Below are positions 1 to 10,290 of a DNA stretch of 64,000 nt, piece after piece. The notes under the pieces are model-generated. The model made no database searches. It saw only the letters and a program-made list of their open reading frames with translations, and was not told where the DNA came from. Each line of letters opens with the position of its first letter. Positions within the stretch are counted from its first letter, which is position 1. The stretch is from Candidatus Izemoplasmatales bacterium (GTDB taxonomy: Bacteria > Bacillota_I > Bacilli_A > Izemoplasmatales > Hujiaoplasmataceae). A program made the position numbers and the translations under genes. The stretch lies in the NCBI GenBank assembly GCA_050949045.1, contig JBMNEZ010000001.1, forward strand, positions 896,001-960,000, given 5' to 3'.

Positions 1-295
1 TCGTGAGTTCGGTCATTTTGACATGAAGCTGGTTGAGATACTTGAGGCTTTGGACATTCGTCGAATCCGTCGACTGTCTCAGCGATGCGTAACTGAACAG
101 CCGCTCGGCGACTTCGCTGAGCGCAATCGAGTTCTCGACATAGGCTAAAAGTCTTCCCTTGACGTCTTTGTAGTCGTGCAGTTTGGCTTCAAAGCCTTTG
201 ATTTCCTCAACGAGCTTGTCAAGACGCACTAAATCGTTTTGAAACTGCTCGCTTTCAAAACTTGGGTAAAGCTTGTCTAGATTCCAATTATTCAT
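1..295 (-). CDS. pepF: M3B oligoendopeptidase F (5' part; runs off the window edge)
   Basis: Manual translation from ATG 295 (ATGA overlap with the upstream stop, GGAGGAG RBS) gives MNNWNLDKLYPSFESEQFQND...RLFSYASLRQSTDSTN, the typical PepF N-terminus (W.L..LY). Confidence 0.75.
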   Translation of the reverse strand, partial: MNNWNLDKLYPSFESEQFQNDLVRLDKLVEEIKGFEAKLHDYKDVKGRLLAYVENSIALSEVAERLFSYASLRQSTDSTNVQSLKYLNQLHVKMTELT

Positions 296-831
296 TTTTC
301 TCCTCCGTTGGAAAAGTATTGGTCTTTTGTGAGCATATAGTAGCGGGACTTCAAGATCCGATTGTCCTTGCTCTGATAATCACGATCCTCGATAAAGGCG
401 AACCCACATTTTTCGATAACCCTTTGCGACTTATGATTCTCCAAAAAGTGACAGACATAGACCGTGTCGATCTCTGTTTCGGAGAAGGTATGTCTCAGTA
501 CTTCCCGGCAGGCTTCGGTCATCAGCCCTTGGTGTTCATACTTGGTGGAAAGCACATACCCGAGTTCGCGGGCGCCGGGGTTCTGGCCGCGTTTATAGAA
601 ATGCAGTCCGACGGAGCCGATGACTTTTTGATCTTCCCGGTGTTCGATGGCCCAGACATTGCCAGCCTGCATGAAGTTTTTGATGATCTCCCGACTTTCG
701 TCGATATTTTCATGCGGCTTCCAGCCGGCCAGGGGCCCGACAGTACTTAGTTTGGCATATTCAAATAAATCAGCGGCATCGGCGAGCGTCCACGATCTCA
801 GGATCAGCCGTTTTGTCCTAAGTTCCTTCAC
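292..831 (-). CDS. GNAT N-acetyltransferase, RimJ/RimL family
   Basis: LRTKRLILRSW, ELGYVL...QGLMTEA, NHKSQRVIEKCGF motifs. Confidence 0.9.
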   Translation of the reverse strand: MKELRTKRLILRSWTLADAADLFEYAKLSTVGPLAGWKPHENIDESREIIKNFMQAGNVWAIEHREDQKVIGSVGLHFYKRGQNPGARELGYVLSTKYEHQGLMTEACREVLRHTFSETEIDTVYVCHFLENHKSQRVIEKCGFAFIEDRDYQSKDNRILKSRYYMLTKDQYFSNGGEK

Positions 832-2054
832 TTGAGCGCCTCCTTGACGGTCAATGCGCCCAGCTCCAATTTGGGAGCGTTCCCGAATGAAATGTCAAAA
901 ACATGGGTTTCGGATATTATTTCATCGATCATGTCTTCATAGGGAATTACAAACTCATATTTGGCCGCCACATCCGCCTTGGGTCTGATCACCGGGTTCT
1001 TGGGCACATAGACACTACAACAATCCGAGAAGGGCCTGATTGAGATGTCATTGGTACCGATTTCACGGCTGAGACGGACAATGTCGATTTTGTCAAGATG
1101 TGAGAGCGGTCTCAGTATCAAAGCGTCAGTCACATCCTGGATCGCCACCAGGCTCTCGAGCGTCTGCGAAGCGACCTGTCCGATAGAGTCACCGGTGACG
1201 ATGGCCATCGCCTCTTTCTGTCGCATGATCCTAGTTGATATCCTAAGCATCATCCGGCGCATAATGGTTATCAAATAACTCTCGGGGACTTTATTGAGGA
1301 TTTCCTGATGGAGCTCGGCAAAGGGGACAAGATGAAGCCGGATTCTGTCTCTGGGAGCGAATTTAGCGAGTTCTGATGCGATGTCGAGCACCTTTTGAAC
1401 GGCTTCGATCGAGGTTAGCGGGGTCGACTCGAAATGGACGAGTTCGGTTTCCATCCCTTTCTTCATCGCCAAATAAGCCGCGACCGGCGAATCGATTCCT
1501 CCCGAAAGCAGAGTCACCACTTTTCCCGAAACCGGAATCGGAAAGCCGCCCAGTCCCATGATCTGGCCGATGTACATATAACACCCGTCCCTGCGAAAAT
1601 CCAAGTTTAGGGTCAACTCGGGGTCATGGACGTCAACTGTTAAATTGGGAACATTCGGGAGAATCATTTTAGATATCTGTTGGGAGATCTCGGTCGAAGT
1701 GTCCTTCAGCGACTTGTCAGCGCGCTTCGTTTCGACCTTGAACGAAGTCGCTTTTCCTTTTGTTTGTTCTTTGATCAAAGATACCGCTTGGCTGGCGATT
1801 TCATGATAGATGGTGGTGGTCTTCGTGACTAAGCTGAAAGAATAGAGACCGGGTATTAGACACAAGCGGTCGAAGACCTCTTTGGCGGGCGTGTTGTTCA
1901 AAATGACATAGAACCGGTCATGGCGAAAATCAAAATCGACCATCAGCCCGGACAGTTTCTCTCTGACCCGCTCGTTGGCCGTTTTGATGAAGTGCTTCTG
2001 GTTCTTGCCCTTGAGGATCAAATCACCGTAACGGACCAAAATCTGTTCGTTCAT
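828..2054 (-). CDS. thiI: tRNA 4-thiouridine(8) synthase ThiI
   Basis: RYGDLILKGKN, THUMP domain, LLSGGIDSPVA PP-loop, GDSIGQVASQT, DCC. Confidence 0.95.
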   Translation of the reverse strand: MNEQILVRYGDLILKGKNQKHFIKTANERVREKLSGLMVDFDFRHDRFYVILNNTPAKEVFDRLCLIPGLYSFSLVTKTTTIYHEIASQAVSLIKEQTKGKATSFKVETKRADKSLKDTSTEISQQISKMILPNVPNLTVDVHDPELTLNLDFRRDGCYMYIGQIMGLGGFPIPVSGKVVTLLSGGIDSPVAAYLAMKKGMETELVHFESTPLTSIEAVQKVLDIASELAKFAPRDRIRLHLVPFAELHQEILNKVPESYLITIMRRMMLRISTRIMRQKEAMAIVTGDSIGQVASQTLESLVAIQDVTDALILRPLSHLDKIDIVRLSREIGTNDISIRPFSDCCSVYVPKNPVIRPKADVAAKYEFVIPYEDMIDEIISETHVFDISFGNAPKLELGALTVKEALK

Positions 2055-2136
2055 AGATATCTCCTTTTCTCTGGGTTCTATTTTATCACATTATCTTGAG
2101 AATATGGATTCCTTCTTTTATAATGATTCCGGTGAT

Positions 2137-2619
2137 ATGATGGACAAAACAAATCTGAGCCGGCTCGAAAGCGATCAAAGAGAGGCTCTGTTTTTCAAAA
2201 CCCTCGTCGGCTACTTGGAAAAAGGCGTGCCGCTGACAACGAATCTCGCAAACTTCGTAGCGGTGATCTGTTTCTTCAGACCCGATCTGAACTGGGTCGG
2301 ATTCTACCTTGAACATGAGGGTTCGCTCTTCTTGGGCCCGTTTCAGGGAAAGCCCGCTTGTACGAGGATCGAAAGCGGTCGCGGAGTTTGCGGAAAAGCG
2401 ATGGCGACCAAATCGACCGTCCTCGTCCCTAACACAGACAAATTCCCGGGACACATCGTCTGCGACAGCGAATCAAAGAGCGAACTCGTAATCCCGCTCA
2501 TCAAAGATGGCCGCTTCCTCGGAGTGCTCGATCTCGACGCTCCCGCCGTCGGTCATCTCCAGAAGAAAGATCAAATCCTCTTTGAAAAGGCGATAAGGAT
2601 TTTGATTGACTTTATCTAA
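2137..2619 (+). CDS. GAF-domain protein, free methionine-R-sulfoxide reductase (MsrC/YtsP-like)
   Basis: NWVGFY, LGPFQGKPAC, GRGVCG, FPGHIVCD...SELVIP; start codon approximate. Confidence 0.85.
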   Translation: MMDKTNLSRLESDQREALFFKTLVGYLEKGVPLTTNLANFVAVICFFRPDLNWVGFYLEHEGSLFLGPFQGKPACTRIESGRGVCGKAMATKSTVLVPNTDKFPGHIVCDSESKSELVIPLIKDGRFLGVLDLDAPAVGHLQKKDQILFEKAIRILIDFI

Positions 2620-2634
2620 GGTTTCCGTTATAAT
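2606..2634 (+). promoter_or_regulatory. sigma-A promoter for rpsD
   Basis: TTGACT-17 nt-TATAAT. Confidence 0.8.
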
Positions 2635-2639
2635 ACAAC

Positions 2640-2815
2640 TTGCGCATGTAATAAAAAGCAGTTGTTTCCAAACTGTTTTACCAAAAGAAAGGTTCCATCT
2701 TTGATGGTTTGGCAGTACCGTGAACTGCTTCACGGGAAACCATTGAAACCCTTCTTTGTATCGAGTTTGGGAACTCCTTGAACGATTACACGTAATCTAA
2801 AGAAAAGGAGGATCA
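2640..2815 (+). promoter_or_regulatory. structured rpsD 5' leader, probably S4 autoregulatory
   Basis: ~180-nt leader with long-range TGTAAT/ATTACA pairing, GTAA motifs at both ends and an internal hairpin CCGTGAA..TTCACGG; Bacilli rpsD leaders are known S4 operators. Confidence 0.55.
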
Positions 2816-2818
2816 TAT

Positions 2819-3418
2819 ATGTCGAGATTCACAGGTTCAAGTTGGAAGGTCTCGCGTCGGCTCGGCTATTCGATATCCGAATCCGGGAAAGAAACCGCCA
2901 GACGCCCCTACGTCCCCGGACAACACGGCAAAAAGCGCACCAAGATGTCAGAATATGGGCTCCAGCTTCAAGAGAAACAACGCGTCCGTTTCACCTACGG
3001 CGTCAATGAAAAACAGTTCCGCAAGACTTTCAACGAAGCCAAGAAAATGCCCGGAAAGCAAGGCGCAAACTTTTTGTTTCTGTTGGAATCCAGGTTGGAC
3101 AACCTCGTTTATCGCGCCGGCTTCGCCAGAACCAGACAACAAGCAAGACAGCTTGTCAACCATGGGCACATCATCCTTGACGGCAAGAAAGCTACTATCC
3201 CGTCGATGCGGGTAAAACCCGGCCAAGTCATCGGGATCAAGGAGAAATCACAGTCCCTGGAAATAATCAAAGACGCGCTCGCAGCGGTCGTCAGCCGTCA
3301 AGATTACGTTTCCTATGACGAAAACAAGCTTGAGGCAACCTATGTGAGATTGCCGGAGCGTTCCGAAATCTTACCAGAGATCAAGGAAAACCTGATCGTT
3401 GAACTTTATAACAGGTAA
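2819..3418 (+). CDS. rpsD: 30S ribosomal protein S4
   Basis: [46 protein letters not shown]. Confidence 0.98.
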   Translation: MSRFTGSSWKVSRRLGYSISESGKETARRPYVPGQHGKKRTKMSEYGLQLQEKQRVRFTYGVNEKQFRKTFNEAKKMPGKQGANFLFLLESRLDNLVYRAGFARTRQQARQLVNHGHIILDGKKATIPSMRVKPGQVIGIKEKSQSLEIIKDALAAVVSRQDYVSYDENKLEATYVRLPERSEILPEIKENLIVELYNR

Positions 3419-3421
3419 TTT

Positions 3422-3455
3422 GAAAAACACCCTCGCAAGAAGGTGTTTTCTTTTT
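3422..3455 (+). terminator. intrinsic terminator after rpsD
   Basis: AAAACACC...GGTGTTTT hairpin followed by a T-tract. Confidence 0.8.
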
Positions 3456-3483
3456 ATACGGGAATGGCGATGAATTGATTTGG

Positions 3484-5138
3484 TTACTCAGGATTTTCCT
3501 CATTCATTTCAACAATGACATTATACATAAACTCAATACTTGGAAAACGAGGTCTGATGCCGGAATCATAATAATTCTTTCCAGAACTGTAAAAATCGAT
3601 GAAATAATCAACATCAACACCTTCTTCGACAGTTGTGTAGGTGCTGTAGGTGAGGTTCATGTTGCTCGACATTTGCATGACGGCTCCATTTGGCAAAACC
3701 AAAGCCTTGACCGAGCAGGCGCCTCCACCACTACGGGCGCCGATTGTCTTGATCAATCCCATCTCCTTGGCAAGGGCGGTCGCAAGATTGGCAGCGCTGT
3801 ATGTCGCGCCCGAGGTGACAAAATAGAATTTGGCATCGATCGCTTTGTCGCCTTCGACATCGTAGGTTGAGGAACTCTTGGCTCCGAGGGTCGTCATATA
3901 CAGCGAAATGTTCTCATCCGTTAAATAATTGAGCAAATGGAAGACGCCGGCGAGGACACCGCCACCGTTACAGGTGAGATCGATGACAACATAGTTCGGA
4001 TCCGCCTCGCGGATTTCCTCCATCACCGGTTCAAGATCAGCCTTGAACTCGATGTTGAATTCCGTGATCTTCAGATACGCCATATCCTCATGAAATTTCA
4101 AAGCGAAATTATTGCGGTAGAGATTACACTCGCAACCATAATATTCGTATGAATAATCATAGATAAACGACGCCGTGTTCGGATGGCTGTATCCAGGATT
4201 CTGATGGCCATAGGAAATGATGCCAGTATGCAAATCGGCAAACGAATCTGCAAATTCTGAGAAAGCATATTCAAAGCTGGATTGAGAGTTGAAATACTTG
4301 TTAGTATAAGATTTGAAAGACTGGATGCCTTTGTAGGCCTTCAGCCCATAGAAATAGTCAAAAGCAAGCTCCAGAAAACGCCTTGACTCCAGTTCCATCG
4401 CCGGCGTTAGGTCATTGTTAAGCCTGACAGCGTTGTAAACATCTTTATCCGGGTTTCTGAGATCACCGAGTTGATAGGTGTCGATTCCGTAAAGGGTATC
4501 GCCATTATTAACGACATCGAACATCGACCCAGTGAGAAACAGTCCGGCAAGCGACAGAGGAATCGTGTACTTGATTGCTTCAGCTCCTCAACCGTGAAAA
4601 ACATAAAGCCATACTCTGCGACGTTGATTATGAGTTCCGGCAGTTCTTCTTCAGTGTAGCTGACCAAGTTTAAGCCTTCGGAAAAGTCGGTTTCCGTTTC
4701 TCCGGAAAAATAATCGAAAGCATCAACGTTGGGCGCGCTCACCGTCTCACTAAGAAAATCAAACGTCACATAGGCGATCATCGAATCCTCGGTAATTCCA
4801 TAATCAGCTTTCTCCTCATCGGTATAGAAGTACTCGTTCCAGACTTTGACAGTGTTGGCTTGAATTTCTACTTGGGTGTTTTCATCGATGATCCCCAGTA
4901 GGAGATTCACAAACTCGCTGATATCGACATAAGGAATGCCGGGTTTCTCCTCATAATAATATAAGTTGATGTTCTCCACCGGTTCCTCCCTGATGAATTC
5001 GGTGGAGTAGTTTACAAAGTCGACTTGTTTTTTCTGAAAGGCAACCTCGTCGATTGCGACTGTCTGTGTTGTTTCCTTGCACGCAGATAGCCCAATCGCG
5101 AGTACCAAAATCGAAATGATCCCAATTATTTTTTTCAT
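3484..5138 (-). pseudogene. S41-family peptidase lipoprotein split by a frameshift near 4570-4590
   Basis: 5' ORF has signal peptide plus lipobox LSAC; 3' ORF has DLHT, IDLTCNGGG, TYSAAN, GARSGGG, EEGVDVD; the two frames overlap. Confidence 0.75.
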
Positions 5139-5233
5139 ACATTGACCTCCTGTTTGTGAAGATTGTACCACTTTCATCGGTATAATTGAATAAAAACTTG
5201 AAAAAAGCCGGAATCCCGGCAGTTTTTCAAGTT

Positions 5234-5992
5234 TTAATCCCTGATGGCGGCTGTTGCCATCATTACGAAGGCCTCGGGATCGAGCGACGCTCCGCCAATC
5301 AAGGCGCCGTCGATATCAGGCATCGCCAGCAGTTCGGCGATATTACCGGGTTTGACGGAACCGCCGTACTGGATGCGCACTTTCTCACTCGTGGCCGCAT
5401 CATACATTTCCCTGATAAGGGAACGGATATAGGCACAAGCTTCCTCAGCTATTTCGCTGGTTGCGGTCCGTCCGGTGCCGATCGCCCAAATCGGTTCGTA
5501 AGCAATGGTCACCAACTGGGCATACTGGGTATCAATGTCTTTGAATGCCGCCCTTATCTGTCTTTTGAGGACCTCTTCGGTCAAGTTTTTCTCGCGCTCA
5601 TCAAGATGCTCGCCGACACAGACGATCGGTTTCAAATCATTTCTAAGCGCCGCTTTGAGTTTGAGATTGACAATTTCATCTGTTTCTTTGAAGTATTGCC
5701 GGCGTTCGCTGTGGCCGATGATGACATACTCGACTTTGCAGCTTTTGAGCAGTTTGCCGGACACTTCGCCCGTATAGGCTCCCTCATCTTCATAATGGAG
5801 GTTCTGGCTGCCAATGCGAAGGTTATCGCCTTGCCTTTTGACAAGACAATGAAGAAGCGGCGCCTGGGCGCAAAGAACGGTGTCGACCTTATCGATTGAA
5901 GGCACGAGCGGGAACACCTTGAGAATAAAGAAAAGGGCCTCGTCACGGGTCTTGAACATCTTCCAATTGCCGGCTATGATTGGTTTACGCAT
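5234..5992 (-). CDS. tpiA: triosephosphate isomerase
   Basis: AGNWKM, GHSERR, AYEPIWAIGTG, YGGSVK, GGASL. Confidence 0.98.
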   Translation of the reverse strand: MRKPIIAGNWKMFKTRDEALFFILKVFPLVPSIDKVDTVLCAQAPLLHCLVKRQGDNLRIGSQNLHYEDEGAYTGEVSGKLLKSCKVEYVIIGHSERRQYFKETDEIVNLKLKAALRNDLKPIVCVGEHLDEREKNLTEEVLKRQIRAAFKDIDTQYAQLVTIAYEPIWAIGTGRTATSEIAEEACAYIRSLIREMYDAATSEKVRIQYGGSVKPGNIAELLAMPDIDGALIGGASLDPEAFVMMATAAIRD

Positions 5993-6199
5993 ATGATCAC
6001 CTATCTGAATGATAATATCGGGAACATCGTTCCCGATTTTGTTCGATTATCCATTTAATATTTCTAGGTATAAAGATTGACGTACCGACGCTCAAGTTGA
6101 TGACAAATCTCTTTGTCAGTTTGATTCGATCGGCAAATTCTTTCCAAGTCAAGTCGTTTTAAGCCATAACTTCCAGATTTTGGTGCCAAGAGACTGGTA

Positions 6200-7420
6200 T
6201 TACTTGCAGTCGCAGTTAGCGTCCTCGCAATGAGCGTCTTGGAGGGAGACCACTCCCGGAAGGGCTTTTCCTTCCAAATATTCCAAGGATGCGCCTCCAC
6301 CCGTCGAAATATGGGTGAATTTGTCCTGATATCCCATTTGGATGGCCGCAGCTGCCGAATCGCCGCCGCCGATGATCGTTTTGGCATTTTCAAGATGGGC
6401 AAGAATTTCGCAAATGCTTCTGGTACCGTGCGAAAAGTCCTCGAATTCAAAAACGCCGAGCGGTCCGTTCCAAACGACCGTCTTCGCTCCTCTGAGTTCC
6501 TTTTTGAAGAGCTCAATCGTCTTTGGCCCCACATCCATGCCCATTTCATTTTCATTGATGTTTTTGTAGTTTGCTATATGATGAGGAGCATTGGCTTTGA
6601 ACTCGGTCGAAACGATGACATCGACCGGCAAGACGATTTTGCCATTGGCTTTTTCGAAAAGTTCCTTCGCAAGAATCAGTTTGTCATATTCGCAGATCGA
6701 CATACCGATCGAATACCCCAGCGCCTTCATGAAGGTGTAGGCCATGCCGCCGCCGATCAGAACCTTGTCTGCTTTTTTGATCAGATTTTCAATCACACCA
6801 ATCTTGTCTGAAACTTTCGCCCCGCCCAAGATCGCGACAAAAGGCCGTTCGGGATTATCGACGGCGCCGCCGATATAGCGAAGTTCTTTTTCCATCAAAA
6901 AACCGGCTGCCGAGTCTAGATGTGAGGCAACTCCGACATTCGAGGCATGCGCGCGGTGTGCAGTGCCGAAAGCGTCGTTGACGAAAACATCTCCGAGGGA
7001 TGACCAGTAGGCGCCCAGTTCCGGATCGTTCTTGGATTCCTTGTTGCCGTCAAGATCCTCGAATCTCGTGTTTTCAAACATAAGCAGCGCGCCCGGTTTT
7101 AAGGCTTTGACAGCCGCCTCCAATTCGGGTCCGCGGGTCTTGCCGATGAATTGAACCGGTTTCTTGATCAATTCGCTGAGCCTTTGGGCGACGGGAGCGA
7201 GCGAGTTCGTCAGTTTGTCCTCCTCCGTCTTGACTCTGCCAAGATGGCTGAACAGAATCAGCCGGGCCTTATTCTCCAGCAAGTACTCGATTGTCGGTAA
7301 AGCCTGGCGGATGCGGTTGTCATCAGTGATGACCCCGCTTTGCATCGGCACGTTGAAATCAACGCGCAGAAGCACCTTCTTCCCGGAGACCTGCAAATCT
7401 TCAACAGTCTTTTTTCTCAT
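6200..7420 (-). CDS. pgk: phosphoglycerate kinase
   Basis: [51 protein letters not shown] before ATG 7420. Confidence 0.98.
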   Translation of the reverse strand: MRKKTVEDLQVSGKKVLLRVDFNVPMQSGVITDDNRIRQALPTIEYLLENKARLILFSHLGRVKTEEDKLTNSLAPVAQRLSELIKKPVQFIGKTRGPELEAAVKALKPGALLMFENTRFEDLDGNKESKNDPELGAYWSSLGDVFVNDAFGTAHRAHASNVGVASHLDSAAGFLMEKELRYIGGAVDNPERPFVAILGGAKVSDKIGVIENLIKKADKVLIGGGMAYTFMKALGYSIGMSICEYDKLILAKELFEKANGKIVLPVDVIVSTEFKANAPHHIANYKNINENEMGMDVGPKTIELFKKELRGAKTVVWNGPLGVFEFEDFSHGTRSICEILAHLENAKTIIGGGDSAAAAIQMGYQDKFTHISTGGGASLEYLEGKALPGVVSLQDAHCEDANCDCK

Positions 7421-7527
7421 AATAACCTCCGATGACATAAGTGATTGTATTTCAAATTTATTATACTATCATTCTTGGAAAAATTCCACTTAATTCGCTA
7501 CCAGAAGAAACTTTAAAAGGATTTTTC

Positions 7528-7977
7528 TCAACCGAGGATGTCGTTCAGGTAGGCCTCGATGATGGCTCCCTTTTCACGTTGCCGGACAAAAATTCGCCAA
7601 CTGTCGACTTTGATGGTGCTGCGGGAGCCAAAGATAATCTCGACCCGTTTGTCCCCCTCCCGTTTCCACCCGGCAATCGCAAGATGATTTATCAATAGGC
7701 AGTTTCGCGATCTTAGACTCCTGATCGGCAGATACAAAAGTTCGCGGCTGACCGGTATCGGGGTCAGCCGCCTGATTCCAAAGCGGCTCTTGACGGCATC
7801 AATCCTCCCCGAAAGCGTCGACAGATATTCGATGCAACTCTGATTCAGCCATGAGATAAAAGCGCGTTCACAATGCATCACCCTGCCGTCAATGGAATAT
7901 TCGACGGTCCCATCCGTCCTCTTCCTTGCCCATTCGATCACACTCATCACCAACATCACTATATCATGAAAGATCAT
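7528..7977 (-). CDS. ComK-family protein
   Basis: SC..YLSTLSGR.DAVK..FGI....PI.VS....YLP..S.....C..IN resembles the ComK family pattern; start uncertain. Confidence 0.6.
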   Translation of the reverse strand: MIFHDIVMLVMSVIEWARKRTDGTVEYSIDGRVMHCERAFISWLNQSCIEYLSTLSGRIDAVKSRFGIRRLTPIPVSRELLYLPIRSLRSRNCLLINHLAIAGWKREGDKRVEIIFGSRSTIKVDSWRIFVRQREKGAIIEAYLNDILG

Positions 7978-8046
7978 AGGCCGCTTTTGAAAAAATTGTA
8001 CAAAAAACCGCCTGAAGGTTATCGGCGGTTGTCTTTGATTACGATA

Positions 8047-9171
8047 CTAGGAAGCACCCTTCTCAAATTCTTTGGTGATTCGAACTTCGGTCTTTGGATC
8101 GAAGAAATGACACTTATCCATATTGAAAGCCAGTTCGAGCTTGTCTCCGATATGAAGATCGCTTCTGGCATCGACCTTGGCGATGATCGAAGCATCGCCG
8201 ATCGAAATGTGGATGTTCGTTTCTGCCCCCAACAACTCGGCAACGTCGACAGTGAGGCTGGCTTTCGAATCGGCGTACTTGATTAGCGAAGCGGGATCGT
8301 CATGCAGATCTTCCGGTCTGATGCTGAGGATGATCGGCGTTTCGATCAGGTTTTTGGTTTTTATCAGCTCAAATTTTTCCTCGGGAACTTTCAGTTTGAG
8401 CGCTTCTACATAGAAGAAACCGTCTTTCTTGACCTCGCCTTTAAGAAAGTTCATCGCCGGAGTGCCGATGAAACCGCCAACGAACATATTGTTGGGATTG
8501 TCGTAGATTTCTTTCGGAGTGCCGATCTGCTGGATGCGTCCGTCTTTCATGACCACGATCCTTGTCGCCATCGTCATGGCTTCGATCTGGTCATGGGTGA
8601 CATAGATCGTCGTGACCTCGAGGCGCTCATGGAGTTTGATCAGTTCGGCGCGCATCGCGACGCGGAGCTTGGCGTCGAGATTGGACAGCGGTTCGTCCAT
8701 CAAAAAAACCTTGGCGTCGCGGACGATCGCTCTTCCGAGCGCGACTCTTTGCCTTTGTCCGCCGGAAAGTGCTTTCGGCTTGCGCTTGAGATAGTCTTGG
8801 AGACCCAGGATGTCGGCCGCATTCTTGACCCTGGCTTCAATCTGGTCTTTGGGCATCTTCCGCAGTTTTAGACCGAACGCCATATTGTCATAGACCGTCA
8901 TGTGGGGATAGAGGGCGTAAGATTGGAAAACCATCGCGATGTTACGGTCTTTCGGAGCGACATCATTGACCAAAACATCATCGATATAGAGTTCGCCTTG
9001 GGTGATTTCCTCCAATCCGGCAACCATCCGGAGCGTTGTTGATTTGCCGCAGCCCGACGGGCCGACGAACACGATGAATTCTTTGTCCTTGACTTCGAGT
9101 GAAAAGTCAAAAACGGCTTGAACGCCGTTATCATAAACCTTGTTTAGGTTTCTAAAAGACAATGTAGCCAT
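8047..9171 (-). CDS. msmX: carbohydrate ABC transporter ATPase, MsmX/UgpC-like
   Basis: GPSGCGKST, VFQSYALYPH, LSGGQRQR, DEPLSNLD, C-terminal OB/TOBE region. Confidence 0.85.
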   Translation of the reverse strand: MATLSFRNLNKVYDNGVQAVFDFSLEVKDKEFIVFVGPSGCGKSTTLRMVAGLEEITQGELYIDDVLVNDVAPKDRNIAMVFQSYALYPHMTVYDNMAFGLKLRKMPKDQIEARVKNAADILGLQDYLKRKPKALSGGQRQRVALGRAIVRDAKVFLMDEPLSNLDAKLRVAMRAELIKLHERLEVTTIYVTHDQIEAMTMATRIVVMKDGRIQQIGTPKEIYDNPNNMFVGGFIGTPAMNFLKGEVKKDGFFYVEALKLKVPEEKFELIKTKNLIETPIILSIRPEDLHDDPASLIKYADSKASLTVDVAELLGAETNIHISIGDASIIAKVDARSDLHIGDKLELAFNMDKCHFFDPKTEVRITKEFEKGAS

Positions 9172-9263
9172 AACTACCTCCCAGATAGCGAATAATAATT
9201 GTTCTTATCTGAATAAAATTGTATCAAGTATTCGCTATTTTCAAAATGGGCAAACTGCACAAA

Positions 9264-9818
9264 TCAAGTATTGAACAATAAATAAAACGCATAAGCTCCA
9301 AAGAAGGATTTGACGTTGATTTCGGAATAAGCGATGAAATGGTCAATGCGATAGTTGAGGGTGTTTCTGTGCAGGTAAAGCTGTTTTGCGGCGACGCTCT
9401 GGTTTAAATTGGCCTTGATGAATCCCTGGACGGTCTGGATGATTTCGGCGCCAAAAGTGTTGTAGTAGTAATTTCTAAGCCCATTGCGGACATCATGGAT
9501 GCCTTCGAGAACAATTTTCGGGATGATTGACTCGATCGTATAAACGCCGAAACCGATCATGGGCATAACTTTGAGGATTGGCTCCAAAACGAAATTAGGC
9601 GTGATTGGCACGACGAAGAGACAGATGTCGGTGACGAGTTCCTCGAGGCATTTCTCCCGAAGGTGATTCCAGTCGGTAGCCGCCAACGGATCGCTCTCGG
9701 TCAGTTTCAAATAACGATCGATAATCGTGATTTCAAATCCCGAATAACCGCCAAGAAAAGAGACCAAGGTTTCCTGGTTGTTGTCTTTCTGGTAGATGTA
9801 GACCGTTCTTCGCTTCAA
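9264..9818 (-). CDS. PucR/CdaR-type C-terminal HTH regulator (YxkF-like)
   Basis: NLNQSVAAKQLYLHRNTLNYRI; directly upstream of msmX as with Bacillus yxkF-msmX. Confidence 0.8.
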   Translation of the reverse strand: MKRRTVYIYQKDNNQETLVSFLGGYSGFEITIIDRYLKLTESDPLAATDWNHLREKCLEELVTDICLFVVPITPNFVLEPILKVMPMIGFGVYTIESIIPKIVLEGIHDVRNGLRNYYYNTFGAEIIQTVQGFIKANLNQSVAAKQLYLHRNTLNYRIDHFIAYSEINVKSFFGAYAFYLLFNT

Positions 9819-9875
9819 ACTATCGCCTCATATCACTTAGAAAAAAGACCGGCGCTTTCTGCCGGTCGTGCTTTC

Positions 9876-10202
9876 TTATGCCTTGATGAACTGCTCGACA
9901 TCAATGACGAAAATGGTCGCGCCTCCGACCTGGACTTCGACCGGGGTCGTAGAGAAGATCCCGAATTCGCTCGAGATCGCATTTGGCACCAATTTCGTCC
10001 TTCTCCTTGATGTCTCGGAGATGATTTGGATGCATTTGTCGAGCAACTCATCCTGACAGCCGATGATGACCGTCGTGTTTCCGCTCATCAAAAAGCCGCC
10101 GGTGGTGGCGAGTTTCGTCACAAAGAAGTTTTCCTTGATCAGCGTCTTGATAACCTTGCTGGCATCTTCGTTAGCAACGATAGCCATGACCAGTTTCATC
10201 AT
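9876..10202 (-). CDS. darA: PII-like cyclic-di-AMP receptor (DarA/PstA)
   Basis: TKLATTGGFL.SGNTT and VGGATIFV signature motifs. Confidence 0.9.
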   Translation of the reverse strand: MMKLVMAIVANEDASKVIKTLIKENFFVTKLATTGGFLMSGNTTVIIGCQDELLDKCIQIISETSRRRTKLVPNAISSEFGIFSTTPVEVQVGGATIFVIDVEQFIKA

Positions 10203-10290
10203 TGTTCACCGCCTTTATAACGATTTTAGCACAATCAATGTCGATAATAAAGAGAATGCGGGAAAAAACCGCTGATTATGGATGTTATTG

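Noticed and set aside
5993..6555. pgk-tpi frameshift fusion (Thermotoga-style) via ORF 6064..6555
   Set aside because: That ORF stops at 6064, the tpiA frame has a TAA at 6047-6049, and tpiA has its own RBS.
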